From: Fonticula alba ATCC 38817
Taxonomy: Eukaryota; Protista; Nucleariida
DNA length: 32,420 nucleotides
Strand: one strand, 5' to 3'
Assembly (NCBI GenBank): GCA_000388065.2
Contig: KB932201.1
Part shown: in pieces, positions 1-11,438 of the stretch
How the letters are laid out: each line of letters starts with the position of its first letter
Numbering within the stretch: the first letter of the stretch is position 1
Made by a program: the position numbers and the translations under genes
The notes under the pieces: generated by a model
The model's input: only the letters and a program-made list of their open reading frames with translations
Databases searched by the model: none
Told to the model about the DNA's origin: nothing

Positions 1-119
1 CCCCGCCGCTACTTCCATCTGCCTCTTTGGCTTCCCCTCCTTCTTGTGGCGGATGCGACTAGTGTTTATATACTCCCCCCGCTCCTCTGACACTGGCGGC
101 GACCTACACACATATGTAG

Positions 120-3100
120 ATCTCCCTCAACCTCTTCCGGTCTTTGGCCCCCGAAGTCAACCCTCATGGGGATGCATTTGATCCGGATGAGGATGAGCCG
201 GTTCTGGAGCCGGCCTGGCCGCATTTGCAGTTGGTATACGAGCTGTTTCTTCGGTTCATCGAGTCGGCCGACTTCAACTCCAAAATCGCCTCGCGCTACA
301 TCAACGAGCTCTTTATTCAGGAGGTGCGCACCGCGGGCGGCAACCCATGGCCCCATCTACTTGGCCTTACCCCTGCAGGACGCACACGCACCTGCATGCA
401 TCGCACGCACGCACGCACGCAGGCTTCTAATGCTCCCTCCTCCCTCCCCAGCTTCTTGCCCTTTTCGACGGCGAGGACCCGCGCGAGCGAGACTACTTGA
501 AGACCACCCTTCACCGGATCTATGGGAAGTTCCTCCCCCTGCGGGCATTCATCCGCAGGGCCATCAACGACGTGCTGCTGTCCTTCGTCCATGAAACCGA
601 GCGGCACAATGGTGTGGCTGAGCTGCTGGAAATCCTGGGATCCATCATCAATGGGTTTGCCCTGCCGCTCAAGCGCGAGCATGTCATTTTCCTGAAGCGC
701 GTGTTGATCCCCCTCCACAAGGCCCGCGCCCTGTCGCGCTTCCACCCGCAGCTGGCCTATTGCGTGGCCCAATTCGTGGAAAAGGATCCCTCTCTGGCCG
801 AAGTGGTATGTGTTGCCGGGGACAAAGCACCCCCCCCCCCCCCCCTGCCCAGGCGACCTCGCATCGCTCTTTAACCAACCACCCAGGCTGGCGGCGATGC
901 CAGCCTGCCTTCGTGTACCACTTCGCCCGAGTGGCATTTCAGGCGCGTGAGGATGCCGGGGCCCCCGCCCCTCCCGGCGACCCGCACGCCGGAGGCAGGG
1001 AGCCTTTCCTGACACGTATGCCAGGGATGCATACTCCCGTCTATGGGGGACCAGCAGGGGGGGGGGGGGGCGGAGCCCAACCGGGCCCCGAGTGCAGCGG
1101 CATCCAGTCGGTCCGGAGGCGGCCGGAAGAAATTTGCTCCCAACACGCCCCCACGAATACGGCCCCCGGACGGGGGAGGGTGGGCGGGGAATTCGCTGTC
1201 CATCAGGCGGCGGCCCCTACCCTGGTTGCCGGGGCGCGCGCACGCAGGAGGAGGTCTAAGCGCGATGGGCGCGCCTGCCGGCCGGGCGCGCAAGCCAACG
1301 GGTGCGCGCTCTCTCTTTAATCACGGCCGCTTGAAAGGACGAAAAATTCGTCTTCTTGCAGTGTTTCCTCCGCGCCCCCCCCCCGCCCCCTGCCCTGGAC
1401 GGCCTCTCACATACTTACATTTGCAGGGCGGGGGCGGGGGGGCGGGGCGACCGGGGGCGGGGTTGGGGGGTGCCGGGCCCGACCAGGGAGGGGCCTGGGT
1501 GCGGGAGCGGGAGACAGTCGCCTGTGCCCGTGTCTGCCGCGTACGCAGGAAGGGGGGGGGGGGCGAAGGCCGGAGGGCGTCCTTTTTCCCTCTCCAGGCC
1601 CCTCCCACCAGTAGGCGGGGGCCATCGCCGGCGCCGCCGGGGGAAGAGGAGCTCTTTCAGATTGCGATCTCATGTTCCCTGCGCCTGGTCCCGCAGTTCC
1701 CCATTGCTTTCCGAAGAGCCCTCCCACCCCCATCCCCTCGCGACCGTAATCCCATTCTCCGCCCCGCCTCCCTGCCTCCCGCCTGTCTCTCGCCTCGCTC
1801 CCCGTGCGCGCGCGTGTCCGCAGTCTCCTTTCCTCCCTCCCTCCCCGTGCCTGCCTGTACGCTGTCCTCAAACACCCTCGCCTCCGCCAGACTCCCCTGG
1901 TGGCGGCCTCCTCCCCGTCCTTCCGCTTGAGGTCAGCCCGCTCACTCTGCCGCCCCCTTCTTCCCCTCTCCCCGGTCACTCCTCCCNNNNNNNNNNNNNN
2001 NNNNNNNNNNNNNNNNNNNNNNNNNNNTCTCCCCCCGGTTGTGCGCATATCTCCACGTTGCAGGTGCTCCGCGGCCTGCTCCGGTACTGGCCAAAGACCA
2101 ACAGCCCCAAGGAGGTGATGTACCTCACCGAGGTGGAGGAAATTTTGGACGCCACCGAGCCGGCCGCCTTTGCCAGGGTCATGATCCCGCTTTTCCAGCA
2201 AATTGCCCGGTCCACGGCCTCGCTACACTTCCAGGTGGCCGAGCGGGCCCTGCATTTGTGGAACAACGAGTACCTGGTGTTTCTGGTTCAGCCGGCCGTG
2301 GAACAGATCCTGCCGATCATCTTCCCAGCCCTGTACCGGAGCTCGCGGAATCACTGGAACCGGTACTTTTGCCCTCCGCATCTCGGCTCTGCCTTTCTTC
2401 GCGCTCCCCCCCGGCCGGGGGACTCCCTTTTTTTTTTTTGGGGGGGCCTGTGCTCCGGCGGCCCTTTCTTGGCTCTTCCTAACTCCCTCTCCCTCGAACC
2501 TGTCCCCTTCTTCCTTCTCTCCTCCGTGTCTGCGGCTCGCTCACGGCCCAACACCCAATTACGCACACGCTCCCCCCCCCCCCCCCCCGATATAACCCCA
2601 GCAATCTGCATGGCCTCGTTTACAATGCCCTCCGCCTGTTCATGGAGATCTGCCCGGCCCTGGTGACCGAGTGCACGGCCCGTCTTGCGCGGGAGAAGGA
2701 GGCCGCCGCCGCCGAGCGGCGCTCACGCACGGATGCCTGGAAAACCATCTATGAGCGGGCCCTCCATAATGCGGCCACCCTTGGTCTTCCGGAGCCCGAC
2801 TGTCCGTGGAAGTCGCCGGATGGCGGCGAGTCGCCGGATGGCGGCATCGGCTGGGGTGGCTTCGGCCTCTTCGGCGATGTGGAGGATTCGGATCTGGACT
2901 ACTACCACCACCAGCAGCAGTATCAGCAGGCACAGCAGCAAGCACAGGAGGCCGAGCAGCAGCACCATCACCAGCAGCAGCAGCAGCAGCATGCACAGGA
3001 GGCGCACTTCCAGCAGCAGGCGGCAGCCGAGCAACACCATCAAATGCAGCAGCACATGCAGCAGCAGCAGCAGCAGCAGCAACAGCTCCTCCAGTTCCAG

Positions 3101-3431
3101 GCGCAACAGCAGCTCCTGCAGTTCCAGGCACAGCAGCAGCAATTCCACCAGCAATTCCAGCAGCAACAACAACAGCAGCAGCAGCAGCAGCAAATGGATG
3201 CCGGGACGTTTGTGTCCGGGCACTTCCAGCAGCAGCCGGCCACGCAACCCGGGCCTGGCCTGGGCGATGGGTCCTTCCTTCCAGCCGGGTCTGGAGGCGA
3301 TGCCCTGCTGGGGCCGGATGAGCTGGCTCTCCACTACCAGGCCATGAGCCTCGGCAATGAGGGCCAGTTCCAGGAGCAGCAAATGCCGGAAATGATGATG
3401 ATGAGTCACCACCACCACCAGCAGCTCCTCC

Positions 3432-3465
<34 letters not shown>

Positions 3466-4646
3466 CTTTTCCTACCAGCAGCCGCTTCACCACTTCACTT
3501 CAGATTCTATTGATGACCACCACCTTTCGGCACAGACGCAGGAGGCATCTCTCGCTGGGAACTTCGACCCGGCGGCCAGCCAGCAGTCGCATCAAGCCAG
3601 CTCGGCGAGCGACCTGGATGGCTCGATTGGTGGCGACATTTCAGGGAGCACATGCGTTGCGGAGACTCTGCCCCCATCGGTCTCATCGTCATCATCCTCA
3701 TCGTCAGTCTCCTCATCGGCCCTTTTGGCGGATGGTGGCCGCCTAGAGCCGGAGTCCGGCCCGGGATCGGGATCCGAAGTCCACTCTCCGGCTGGGGCCA
3801 TTTCGGTGCCCGGGGGGGATCGGTCGCGTGCCGGTCTTGATGCCACGTGCCAGTCCTCTCCCCCGGGCGGCTCGCTGTCACCCTCGCAGCAGCCGGTGCG
3901 TTGTGTTGTCACACGGCGCGCGAGAGAGAGAGGGGGGGGGGCCGCAGGCCGCGCGGCCGACAGTCAGCCTGCTTCGCTTTGGCTCTTCTCTCCTTGACAC
4001 ACCGCGTTTCTTTGCTCCTCTTGCTGACATCCACTTCCTGCCCCATCCTCCTGACTGCGCTCATCGTCGCCCCTGCTCCTTTGCGCGCGGGCGCGCGCAC
4101 CCCACGACACGCATGCAGCTCACTTCTCCGAATGCCGCTGCTGTGGGAACAGGCATGATTCGCGGCTCGGGCGGGCTGGTCCTGCTGCCGCCGCCGTCGG
4201 ATGCCCCGCCTCCTGGCTTCAACCCGCACGTTCGGAGAAAGTCCACCCTGCCGATGGACCACCAGGTGCTGACAATGCTCCAGCGCCACCGGTCTCTGGA
4301 GGACGTGCTGATGAACCCGCCCGAGGCGGCCGACCCCAGCGTCGCCTTCAGCGCGGTGTCTTCCTCTTCCTCCTCCTGCACGTCGTCCGATGGCGGCGTC
4401 TACGACCCCTCGTCGTCGCAGCACGGGAGCCCTTCCGTGGGGGAGCTCTCCTGCACCGGGTCCGCCAGCCCGGGCTACGAGGATCTGGTTGCCGGCATGG
4501 TGTTGGGCTCCGCGTCGGTGTCGGCCGACACGTCTGACAGCATGCCCATCTCGCCGGACGGCTCGGAGCTGGCCGACACTTCGGTTTCCCGGGCGGCCGG
4601 TGCCGACACCAAGGGTGACGATGAGCGGTTCTATTCCGACACCTGA
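120..4646 (+). CDS. PPP2R5: Protein phosphatase 2A regulatory subunit B' (B56/Rts1 family), 5'-incomplete; model join(<120..323,452..805,2064..2362,2602..3895,4119..4646)
   Basis: Spliced translation gives B56 hallmarks: [126 protein letters not shown], and the C-terminal RRKSTLP motif. All junctions are GT..AG with matching phases. Confidence 0.96.
2900..3470 (+). repeat. CAG/CAA trinucleotide tracts encoding polyQ and His/Gln-rich segments within the B56 gene
   Basis: Direct reading of repeated cag/caa codons at about 2905-3192 and 3410-3462. Confidence 0.95.
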
Positions 4647-4659
4647 GCGAATGTATGTC

Positions 4660-4798
4660 TGTATATATATATATGGTATATATCTAAGGATATGCGTGTG
4701 TGTGGGAGTGGAAGTGGAAGTGGAAGTGTGTCTGTGTATGTGCATGTGTGTGGAAGTGTGCATGCCTGCCTGTGCACGGACGGCTGGCCAAGTAGCGT

Positions 4799-4845
<47 letters not shown>

Positions 4846-4996
4846 CTTCCGCTCAAGAGCCCCGCAGCGGCCGACTACTCGCTCCCCTCCCTCTTTCTGC
4901 TACTTCTTGACGTTTGTGGACGATCGCGCGGCGTATCGAGCACACACAGCCTTCCTCCAATTCACACTCCACCGCGTCTCAAACAGCCCATTGTCG

Positions 4997-5027
<31 letters not shown>

Positions 5028-5030
5028 GCA
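4660..5030. repeat. Microsatellite cluster downstream of the B56 gene: (TA)n, (GTGGAA)3, (TG)n, (CT)n about 4809-4841, (CA)n(TA)n about 4996-5026
   Basis: Direct reading. Confidence 0.9.
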
Positions 5031-5794
5031 TATTTATCTATTCATGTCCACGAATCGAGCATATGATTGCTCGCCCTTTGATCATTGCCGTCTTTGATGC
5101 TGATACGGCATGGCGCTCAATTGTCGCCGAATCTCCTGGCCGACACAGAAGACAGGGTCACGAGGTGACAGGCGGAGAGGGGGCGAGGGGGGCGGCAGCG
5201 GCGGACGCCGAAGGGGAGGGCGGCAGCGCCGGCCACACATCCCTGGCCTTTTTTATTGAGAATAGCAAAACCACGGCCTGCTGCCCTTGGTGGGGCCATC
5301 GGCAAACCCCCTGTGCAATGGCCGAACTGCTGTGTGGCGACGGAAGGGGGCATCGAGTGTGTTGTAGCCGCGTCCGTTGCCCATGGGAAAGGAATGGAGA
5401 AGGGGAAAAAGCCGGTCCTTGATGTGTCTCAACACTCGGGGGGAGGGGGAAAATGTGCAGGGGGCATGCGAAAAAGGGGGGGGGAAAAAAAAAACAAGAT
5501 GCCGGAGACGGATCTGTCCGATCGCGCGCCTGAAAATAGAAAACACCGCACAATAATGGATGGCGCGCGGCCGCCGAGTTGGTCTGTGCCGCGCGCTCCC
5601 CCCTTCTCCTTCACACGCACGAAAGGCAGGCACAAACGGGGAGCCACAGCGCCCCCCCTTCCCCCCCTTGGGGGGACACTGCGCTCCAGGGACGAGCGTG
5701 GGAGCAGGAGGCCGCGCGCGCGCGTGTCGGAGACGAAGGAAAGGGAGAAGTGGCTTCAATTCTTAAGAGGGAAAAAGGGGGAGCGTATGATGCA

Positions 5795-5975
5795 AGGCAG
5801 TGCATGGAGCTAGTGCGGATTCCACGACCACCTGCGATCCACCTGGCACGAAGCCAAGTGGTTCACGCCTCAAATATAGGGAAAATACCAATAAAGTCAT
5901 ATTGACTTTACTTTAGGTATTAACCTAAAGAGAACAGATACTACACTTGATCTTAGCCGAAGCAAGAAAGCTGAT
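5795..5975 (-). ncRNA. RNU2: U2 spliceosomal snRNA
   Basis: Minus strand reads ...UUGCUUCGGCUAAGAUCAAGUGUAGUAUCUGUUCU..., the near-invariant U2 core with the GUAGUA branch-point recognition sequence. It is followed by stem IIa (CUUUAGG-UUAAUA-CCUAAAG, 5911-5930), stem IIb (UAAAGUCA-AUA-UGACUUUA, 5892-5910), a candidate Sm site (AUAUUUGAG), stem III (CCACUUGGC-UUCGU-GCCAGGUGG) and stem IV (CGUGGA-AUCCGCACUAGC-UCCAUG). Length is about 180 nt. Ends are approximate. Confidence 0.94.
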
Positions 5976-6756
5976 CCCAAGTCCTTACGGTCGGCGCGTC
6001 GACGACCCTTCTTGTCCCCGGGACTTTGCCCGGCAAGAGGACGCCCGAACTTGGCCCCTCTAAGTAACACCATTCGGGGCGGACCATCGCCGGGCCCCGA
6101 GTTGGGGCCCCACATTCCTCTTCTACACCCCGGGGGATGATCACGGGTTGGGCAATAACGCTGACTGGCTGGCGTTCCTCGGCTCCGTGGATACGCCCCC
6201 CCCCCCCCCCCCCCCCCCGCCGCACCGAGCCGCGCCCCGCCATCCGCCGCCCGCCAGCACCCGAGCCCGAGAGATGGCGAGGGCAGCTCCCCGGCCCAGG
6301 CCCGCGGAGCGTTGGAGATCGGTCCACAGCGGGTGGCCTCCCTCGGGGCGGGGAAGGCCACCCCGCTCTGGCCGGCGTCGGCCCCGCGCCTGCCTCAAGT
6401 GCCCCCTGTCTGTTGTTGTCGGCCGCCCGGCACCGGCCCCCGGGCAGCCCGCCCCCCTCTCACCACCCCGCCCGGAGCGGGCCCGGCGGCTGGCCCCCCC
6501 ACCCCCCAGGCCGGCGTCCGCCCTGCAGCGCCCGGCCCGGGGCCAGGATGCCGGGCCCGGGGCGCGGAGACTTCCGACCCTTTTTTGCCGCTCGATCTAC
6601 GCGGGCTGCGCGAAGAATCGCGGGTCAGGCTTCGCCCCCCGGCTGGTCGGTCGGCCGGCCGGCCGGCCGGTCGGTCCCCAGCGCGTGTGCTGGGGCATTT
6701 TTACGCGGACACGCACACTTTCGCACCCCCTGCCCCCCTTTTTTTGTGGCCGCCCC

Positions 6757-7337
6757 NNNNNNNNNNNNNNNNNNNNNNNNNNNNNNNNNNNNNNNNNNNN
6801 NNNNNNNNNNNNNNNNNNNNNNNNNNNNNNNNNNNNNNNNNNNNNNNNNNNNNNNNNNNNNNNNNNNNNNNNNNNNNNNNNNNNNNNNNNNNNNNNNNNN
6901 NNNNNNNNNNNNNNNNNNNNNNNNNNNNNNNNNNNNNNNNNNNNNNNNNNNNNNNNNNNNNNNNNNNNNNNNNNNNNNNNNNNNNNNNNNNNNNNNNNNN
7001 NNNNNNNNNNNNNNNNNNNNNNNNNNNNNNNNNNNNNNNNNNNNNNNNNNNNNNNNNNNNNNNNNNNNNNNNNNNNNNNNNNNNNNNNNNNNNNNNNNNN
7101 NNNNNNNNNNNNNNNNNNNNNNNNNNNNNNNNNNNNNNNNNNNNNNNNNNNNNNNNNNNNNNNNNNNNNNNNNNNNNNNNNNNNNNNNNNNNNNNNNNNN
7201 NNNNNNNNNNNNNNNNNNNNNNNNNNNNNNNNNNNNNNNNNNNNNNNNNNNNNNNNNNNNNNNNNNNNNNNNNNNNNNNNNNNNNNNNNNNNNNNNNNNN
7301 NNNNNNNNNNNNNNNNNNNNNNNNNNNNNNNNNNNNN
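6757..7337. other. Assembly gap (581 N). Other gaps: 1987-2027, 16258-16299, 17764-18042, 27477-27597
   Basis: Runs of n, each adjacent to C-rich or CT low-complexity sequence. Confidence 1.
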
Positions 7338-7552
7338 CCCCCCCCCCTCCCCCCCTCCGCCCTCTGCCTCGATCATTTCCTAACCCACCCACTTCTGGCA
7401 TGTCTCGCCCACACCTGCCCGCCTGTCGTGTGTAGGCCGGCACCCCGGCCGGATCGCGCGCCCTCAGTGCCGATGCCACGGCCACGGGGATCAACACGCC
7501 CGTTCGTCAACTCTCTGCTCCCGGGCCCGGGCGTCCGGGCAGCCTCTTCAGC

Positions 7553-8469
7553 ATGGCTCGCCCTGGGCCCCTTTTCCAGGCAACCGGCAATGAGCTGGAC
7601 ATGATTGACGGTTTCTCAGATATCTCCTCTGATGAGGACAACTTCGGCCGGCGAAGCATGGTACATACCCCGCACATTCCCCCCCCCCCCCGCCCCCCAC
7701 CCGACCTCTCCTTCTCCTGCGTCCCCTCCTGCCCTTCATCTTCCTCGGTAGGCTGGGCATCTCCCTTTTGAGCCTGCGCTAACTCTTACCCTCTCTCCCT
7801 CCTGCTCTGCCCCCTCCCTCCCTCGAACCTCAGGACTCGTCCCCCTCGGCTGGACTGCACAATAGTGCGACCCCTCCCTCAACCGGCGGCCCCCCCCGAC
7901 TGGGGCTGATCTCGCGGCTCCCGGCCCCAAGCAGCAATGGCCCGCACGTCGTCGGCCGCATGGTTTTCGACCCGGTGTCCATGCGGTGGGTTCGGGTATC
8001 GGCGGCCCGGTCAGCCTCGCGCATCTCCGACACCGAGGCCGACGACGAGGGGGCCGGCGAGGAGGACTCAACCGACGAGGACGAGGCCGACATCTTCGAT
8101 GGGCTGGGCTTCGATGAGGCGTCCCTGGCCTCGGGGCAAACACACGATGGCTCGCGCGAGAAGTCCCTCGAGGATGCCTTTGTCGTCACCCACTCCATGA
8201 TGGCCGAGTGGCGCGCGGCCGAGCGCCAATACCAGCGCATGGTCGGCCATGCGGCCCCGGGGCCCTCTTCATCTGCCACCCTCAGCGGCCCGTCGGCCTC
8301 GTCGTCCAGTGCGTCCCTCGGCCCGGGGCAAGGGCCGGCCACCAGCGACCCCGGGGCATCCTCCTCCTCCTCCGTCCCCTCCTCGGCTGGCCCGTGGGCC
8401 GGTCTGGCGGCCATCGAGCCTCGCTCGCACTTCCAAATGATCCGGGACATCGCCGCGCGGCTGGTCTAG
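7553..8469 (+). CDS. Byr4/Bfa1-like protein (SIN/MEN two-component GAP scaffold), C-terminal part; model join(7553..7660,7834..8469); may have further 5' exons in the gap
   Basis: Phase-0 intron 7661(GTACAT)-7833(CAG). Translation has GNELDMIDGF, LISRLP..HVVGRMVFDPVSMRWV, an acidic tract, AFVVTHSMMAEWRAAERQYQRMV and terminal SHFQMIRDIAARLV*. As I recall them, fungal Byr4/Bfa1 C-termini carry the same motifs in the same order (GNE, VGxMxFDPxxMxW, WRxxE, terminal YEIRxM). No search was run. Confidence 0.6.
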
Positions 8470-8917
8470 AGCCGCATGCTTTCTGCCCTTCCTCGGTCCT
8501 TGATGGGGCCCTCGCGGCAGAGGCACACCTTGGCGTCCGGCGTGGCCCATCTGCTCCCGGCGAATACACTGCCCGGGGGCTGGTTGTACACTACCCCCTT
8601 TCTTTCTTTTTTCCTTTTTCTCCGCCCCCCCCCCCCAAACCGCCCGGGCGTCCTGGCGCTCATGCGCAAGCCTCCTTGCCTCTGCCTCCCCCTTCTCTCC
8701 GTCGACCTCCGGGACTGTCGCCTGCACGAACCGCGTCGCTGTTGCATAGAAAAATACACCCCCCCCCATGACACTCGCATTTCGGAGGGCTTCAAGTCCA
8801 TTGTTTTTCGTGCCTGCTTTCCGGCGCATGCCGCCCGGCCCTTTACGCATCGGCTCACACGGGCATACACACATGTAGCCGCATCTAGCCCCGGATGCAT
8901 GGCCAAGGGCGCCGGCG

Positions 8918-10827
8918 TCAAGTGGATCGTGGCGACAGGTGCCGAGTGATCATGGTCAGGGCCCCGGTCAAGCCGGCAACGCGCACCAGGCGATCGAATT
9001 CCCGGACCAGCGTCTGGGCCAGGGCCTCGGCATCGCGCCGGACCAAAGTACTGTCCGGCGTTTGGGCCTCTACCACCATGGGTCGGGGCATGTGCGTGCG
9101 TGCGTGCGTGCGTGAAGGCGCATGGGTATGTATGTGTATCGGTGAGTGCGTGAGCATGCGTGAGCATGAGCATGCACATGGGGGCATATTTGTATGAAAT
9201 AAGCTCATCCCACAGCGCATGGATGTCTGTCTGGCTGACCAAGTGTGCAGGCCAAATGAGGGGGGACAAGCGGAAGGCCCCAAAGGCGAGGAGGAGGGAA
9301 GGGGAGGGCCCATATACGCACCACTGCGGCCGGTCACACAGGTCATGTATATCCGGCAACGAACGTCGGCGGCCAAGACCCACGGGGGCGCGGCGGCCAC
9401 AGGCCCGAGAGCCCGCTCAACCAGGGCCCGGATGTCGGCGTGATCGCTGGCCGCCGTGGGCTGGGCCTCGGCCGAGGCCCGCGGCGGGCCAATCTCCCAG
9501 GTAAGCTGCAGGCCGACGCGGCCACCGACGGCCGGCAGGATGACCATCTGCGCGTGGGGGTCCATGGCCAGGGATGCTGGCGGGGCGGTGGCAAAGTCCA
9601 CCGGCCGCCCGGGGTCCCGGACCCAGCGATTGAGGCAGGCAAAGATGTGTGCCCGGGTCGCAGCCAGCCGTGCCACCCGGGCAAAGGTCCGAAGAACCAG
9701 CCGTGCCAGGTCCAGCCCGTCGGGGCTCCGGCCTCCAAGGCGCGTCAGGGCCCGGAAAAAGGGCTCCGCCTCCGAGGCCACCCCCGGGCTCAGCAGGACA
9801 TCATACAGGTGCACCCCGGCGGCTGGCGGGACCGGGGGGCCGGCCTCGTCGGCTGATGGGTCGGCCGGCGGCAGGAGAAGTTGTGCCTGCATGCGCGCCC
9901 CGTGCGCGCTGACAAAGAGCGTGGACGCGATCCACCCGTCGGCGGCCGGATCGCCGGGGGGCCGACCGGCGCGCACATACTCGCGCGCAAGATGGGCGCT
10001 CTCATCCGGCGCCAGGGGCTGGTATGTGATGTTTTCGATCTTGAAGTCATTGATTGCCTCCAAAGCGTAGAGCTGGACCGCGCCGGACCATGTGAGTGCG
10101 TGCTCGCAAAAAAAAGGAAGAAGAGGGAGAGGGGAATGTCGCCTCGGCTTTCAGGCGAAGGGGCCCGGGCGCGCCCGGGGCCTTTCGGCGAAATCCAAAC
10201 GCCAGCCCCACAAGGGGGCCTCCGGCCAGGGGCCCGGCCGACGGACCTCATTCTCGATGGTGGAAATGGACTCGCGATCGCGTGGCGAGGCAACAGGCTC
10301 CACTGGCCGGCCGGTCGACAGGGAGACGATGGTCCGCCGGGCGGACCCGGTGTCCAGGTGTGGTGCCTCGCCACGCGGTTGCACCGTGTCGCGGAGGAAA
10401 TTCCGGGTCGAAACGTCCAGCAGGGAGGAGCTTGGCCAGGGGGGGGGGGGGGGGATCAGAGGACCGGCCTGCAAGGAGAGTCCAGCGAGAGGGAGAGAGA
10501 GAGGAGGTCATACCAAATCTGCGCCAGCGCCGGGCCGGGGTGGCCGTCCGGCTCGCCGAGAGCGCGATCGATCTGCCGCAGCCGATTGGCATCGGCCGTC
10601 AGCGCCGCCAAGGGAAGGGCCCCATCGCCGGAGAGGATGGCCGCGTCGCGCGCTCGCGCAGCGACCGCATCCGCCAGAATCCCTTCCAGTTGGGCAATGT
10701 CGGCCTTGGCCGTGTGAATTTGCTGCAGCAGGCGGGTCTTCCGAGCTGCAAGGGACATGCTAGACGAGGGCCCGAGCGGCGAGGAGGCCGCCAGCTCGGG
10801 CTTCGGAGGCTCCGGCCTGCCGACCAT
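8918..10827 (-). CDS. CENP-P/Ctf19-like inner kinetochore protein; model complement(join(8918..9069,9322..10072,10247..10430,10514..10827))
   Basis: Four exons with phase-consistent GT-AG introns. N-terminal coiled coil (RKTRLLQQIHTAKADIAQLEGIL), then ENELYALEAINDFKIENI, RTFARVARLAATRAHIFACL, LQLTWEI and terminal EFDRLVRVAGLTGALTMITRHL. These resemble recalled CENP-P segments (FRSLHFFVEWFEYRKRTF, LVIVWRI, FRTLVGLLGIEAALESLI). Confidence 0.62.
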
Positions 10828-11438
10828 GGTGCCGATAGCGTGGTGGCAAGGTGTATGCGTGCGTGTGTGCGTGCGTGTGTGTGTGGGGGGGGGGACGTAC
10901 ACATGGTGGGGAAAGGGAGGAAGGGGGAAAAGATTGAGAGAGAGCAGGACAGGGATGCCGATTCGGTGTCTGTCCAGCGGGCTGTTTGATGGCCACCTCT
11001 TCTGGGCATTTCACATTTGCCCGGGCGCCCCTGGTCCGCCCCGTCCAGTCCAGCGGACGGGGAGGGGGGGGGGGGGGGTGCGGATCTCCCGTCGCGTCCG
11101 GCCAAGTGCGCCTCCAGAGCCGCGGGAACACGGAACGCGGCTGGGGTGGAATACAGCGGGACAGTGATCGGGGTCAGCATTGGCAGATGCCAACGCGCGG
11201 TGTCCCGAGCATGTTTGAGCCCACCCCCGGCCCTGGGGCCCCGGCACCTCGGAGCAAGGCGGCGGCGGCGGCGGCCGCCGTAGAAGGGCATCCGTCGTGA
11301 TGGGTGCCGGCACACATCTGGGGACATCTCGCGCCACGTCCTCCCCTTCTCCCCCCTGCCTCTGCTGCTTCGTCCCCCCTCCCCCGCCCCTCCCCCGCCC
11401 CTCGCCCCTCCCCACTTTCCTCTGGCCGGCATCAATAG

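Noticed and set aside
4706-4728. (GTGGAA)3 and the (GCGCACAA)3 at about 28262-28290 as telomeric or CRISPR-like repeats
   Set aside because: Only three short tandem units with no spacers, inside microsatellite-rich non-coding DNA.
5100-5560. Short minus-strand ORFs (for example MGNGRGYNTLDAPF..) with a possible acceptor and AATAAA
   Set aside because: No recognisable motif and no consistent exon chain; could be UTR or intergenic sequence.
5980-6130. GC-rich hairpins upstream of U2 as a second ncRNA
   Set aside because: No U1, U4, U5, U6, SRP or RNase P signature; such hairpins are expected by chance at this GC content. Probably U2 promoter region.
6137-7604. Long ORFs spanning the 581-N gap
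   Set aside because: Open only because N codons are not stops; the flanks are low-complexity.
11090-11300. Minus-strand ORF segment MPFYGG..MLTPITVPLYSTPAAF as an extra exon of the CENP-P-like gene
   Set aside because: No convincing donor or phase link to the exon at 10827 and no recognisable homology.
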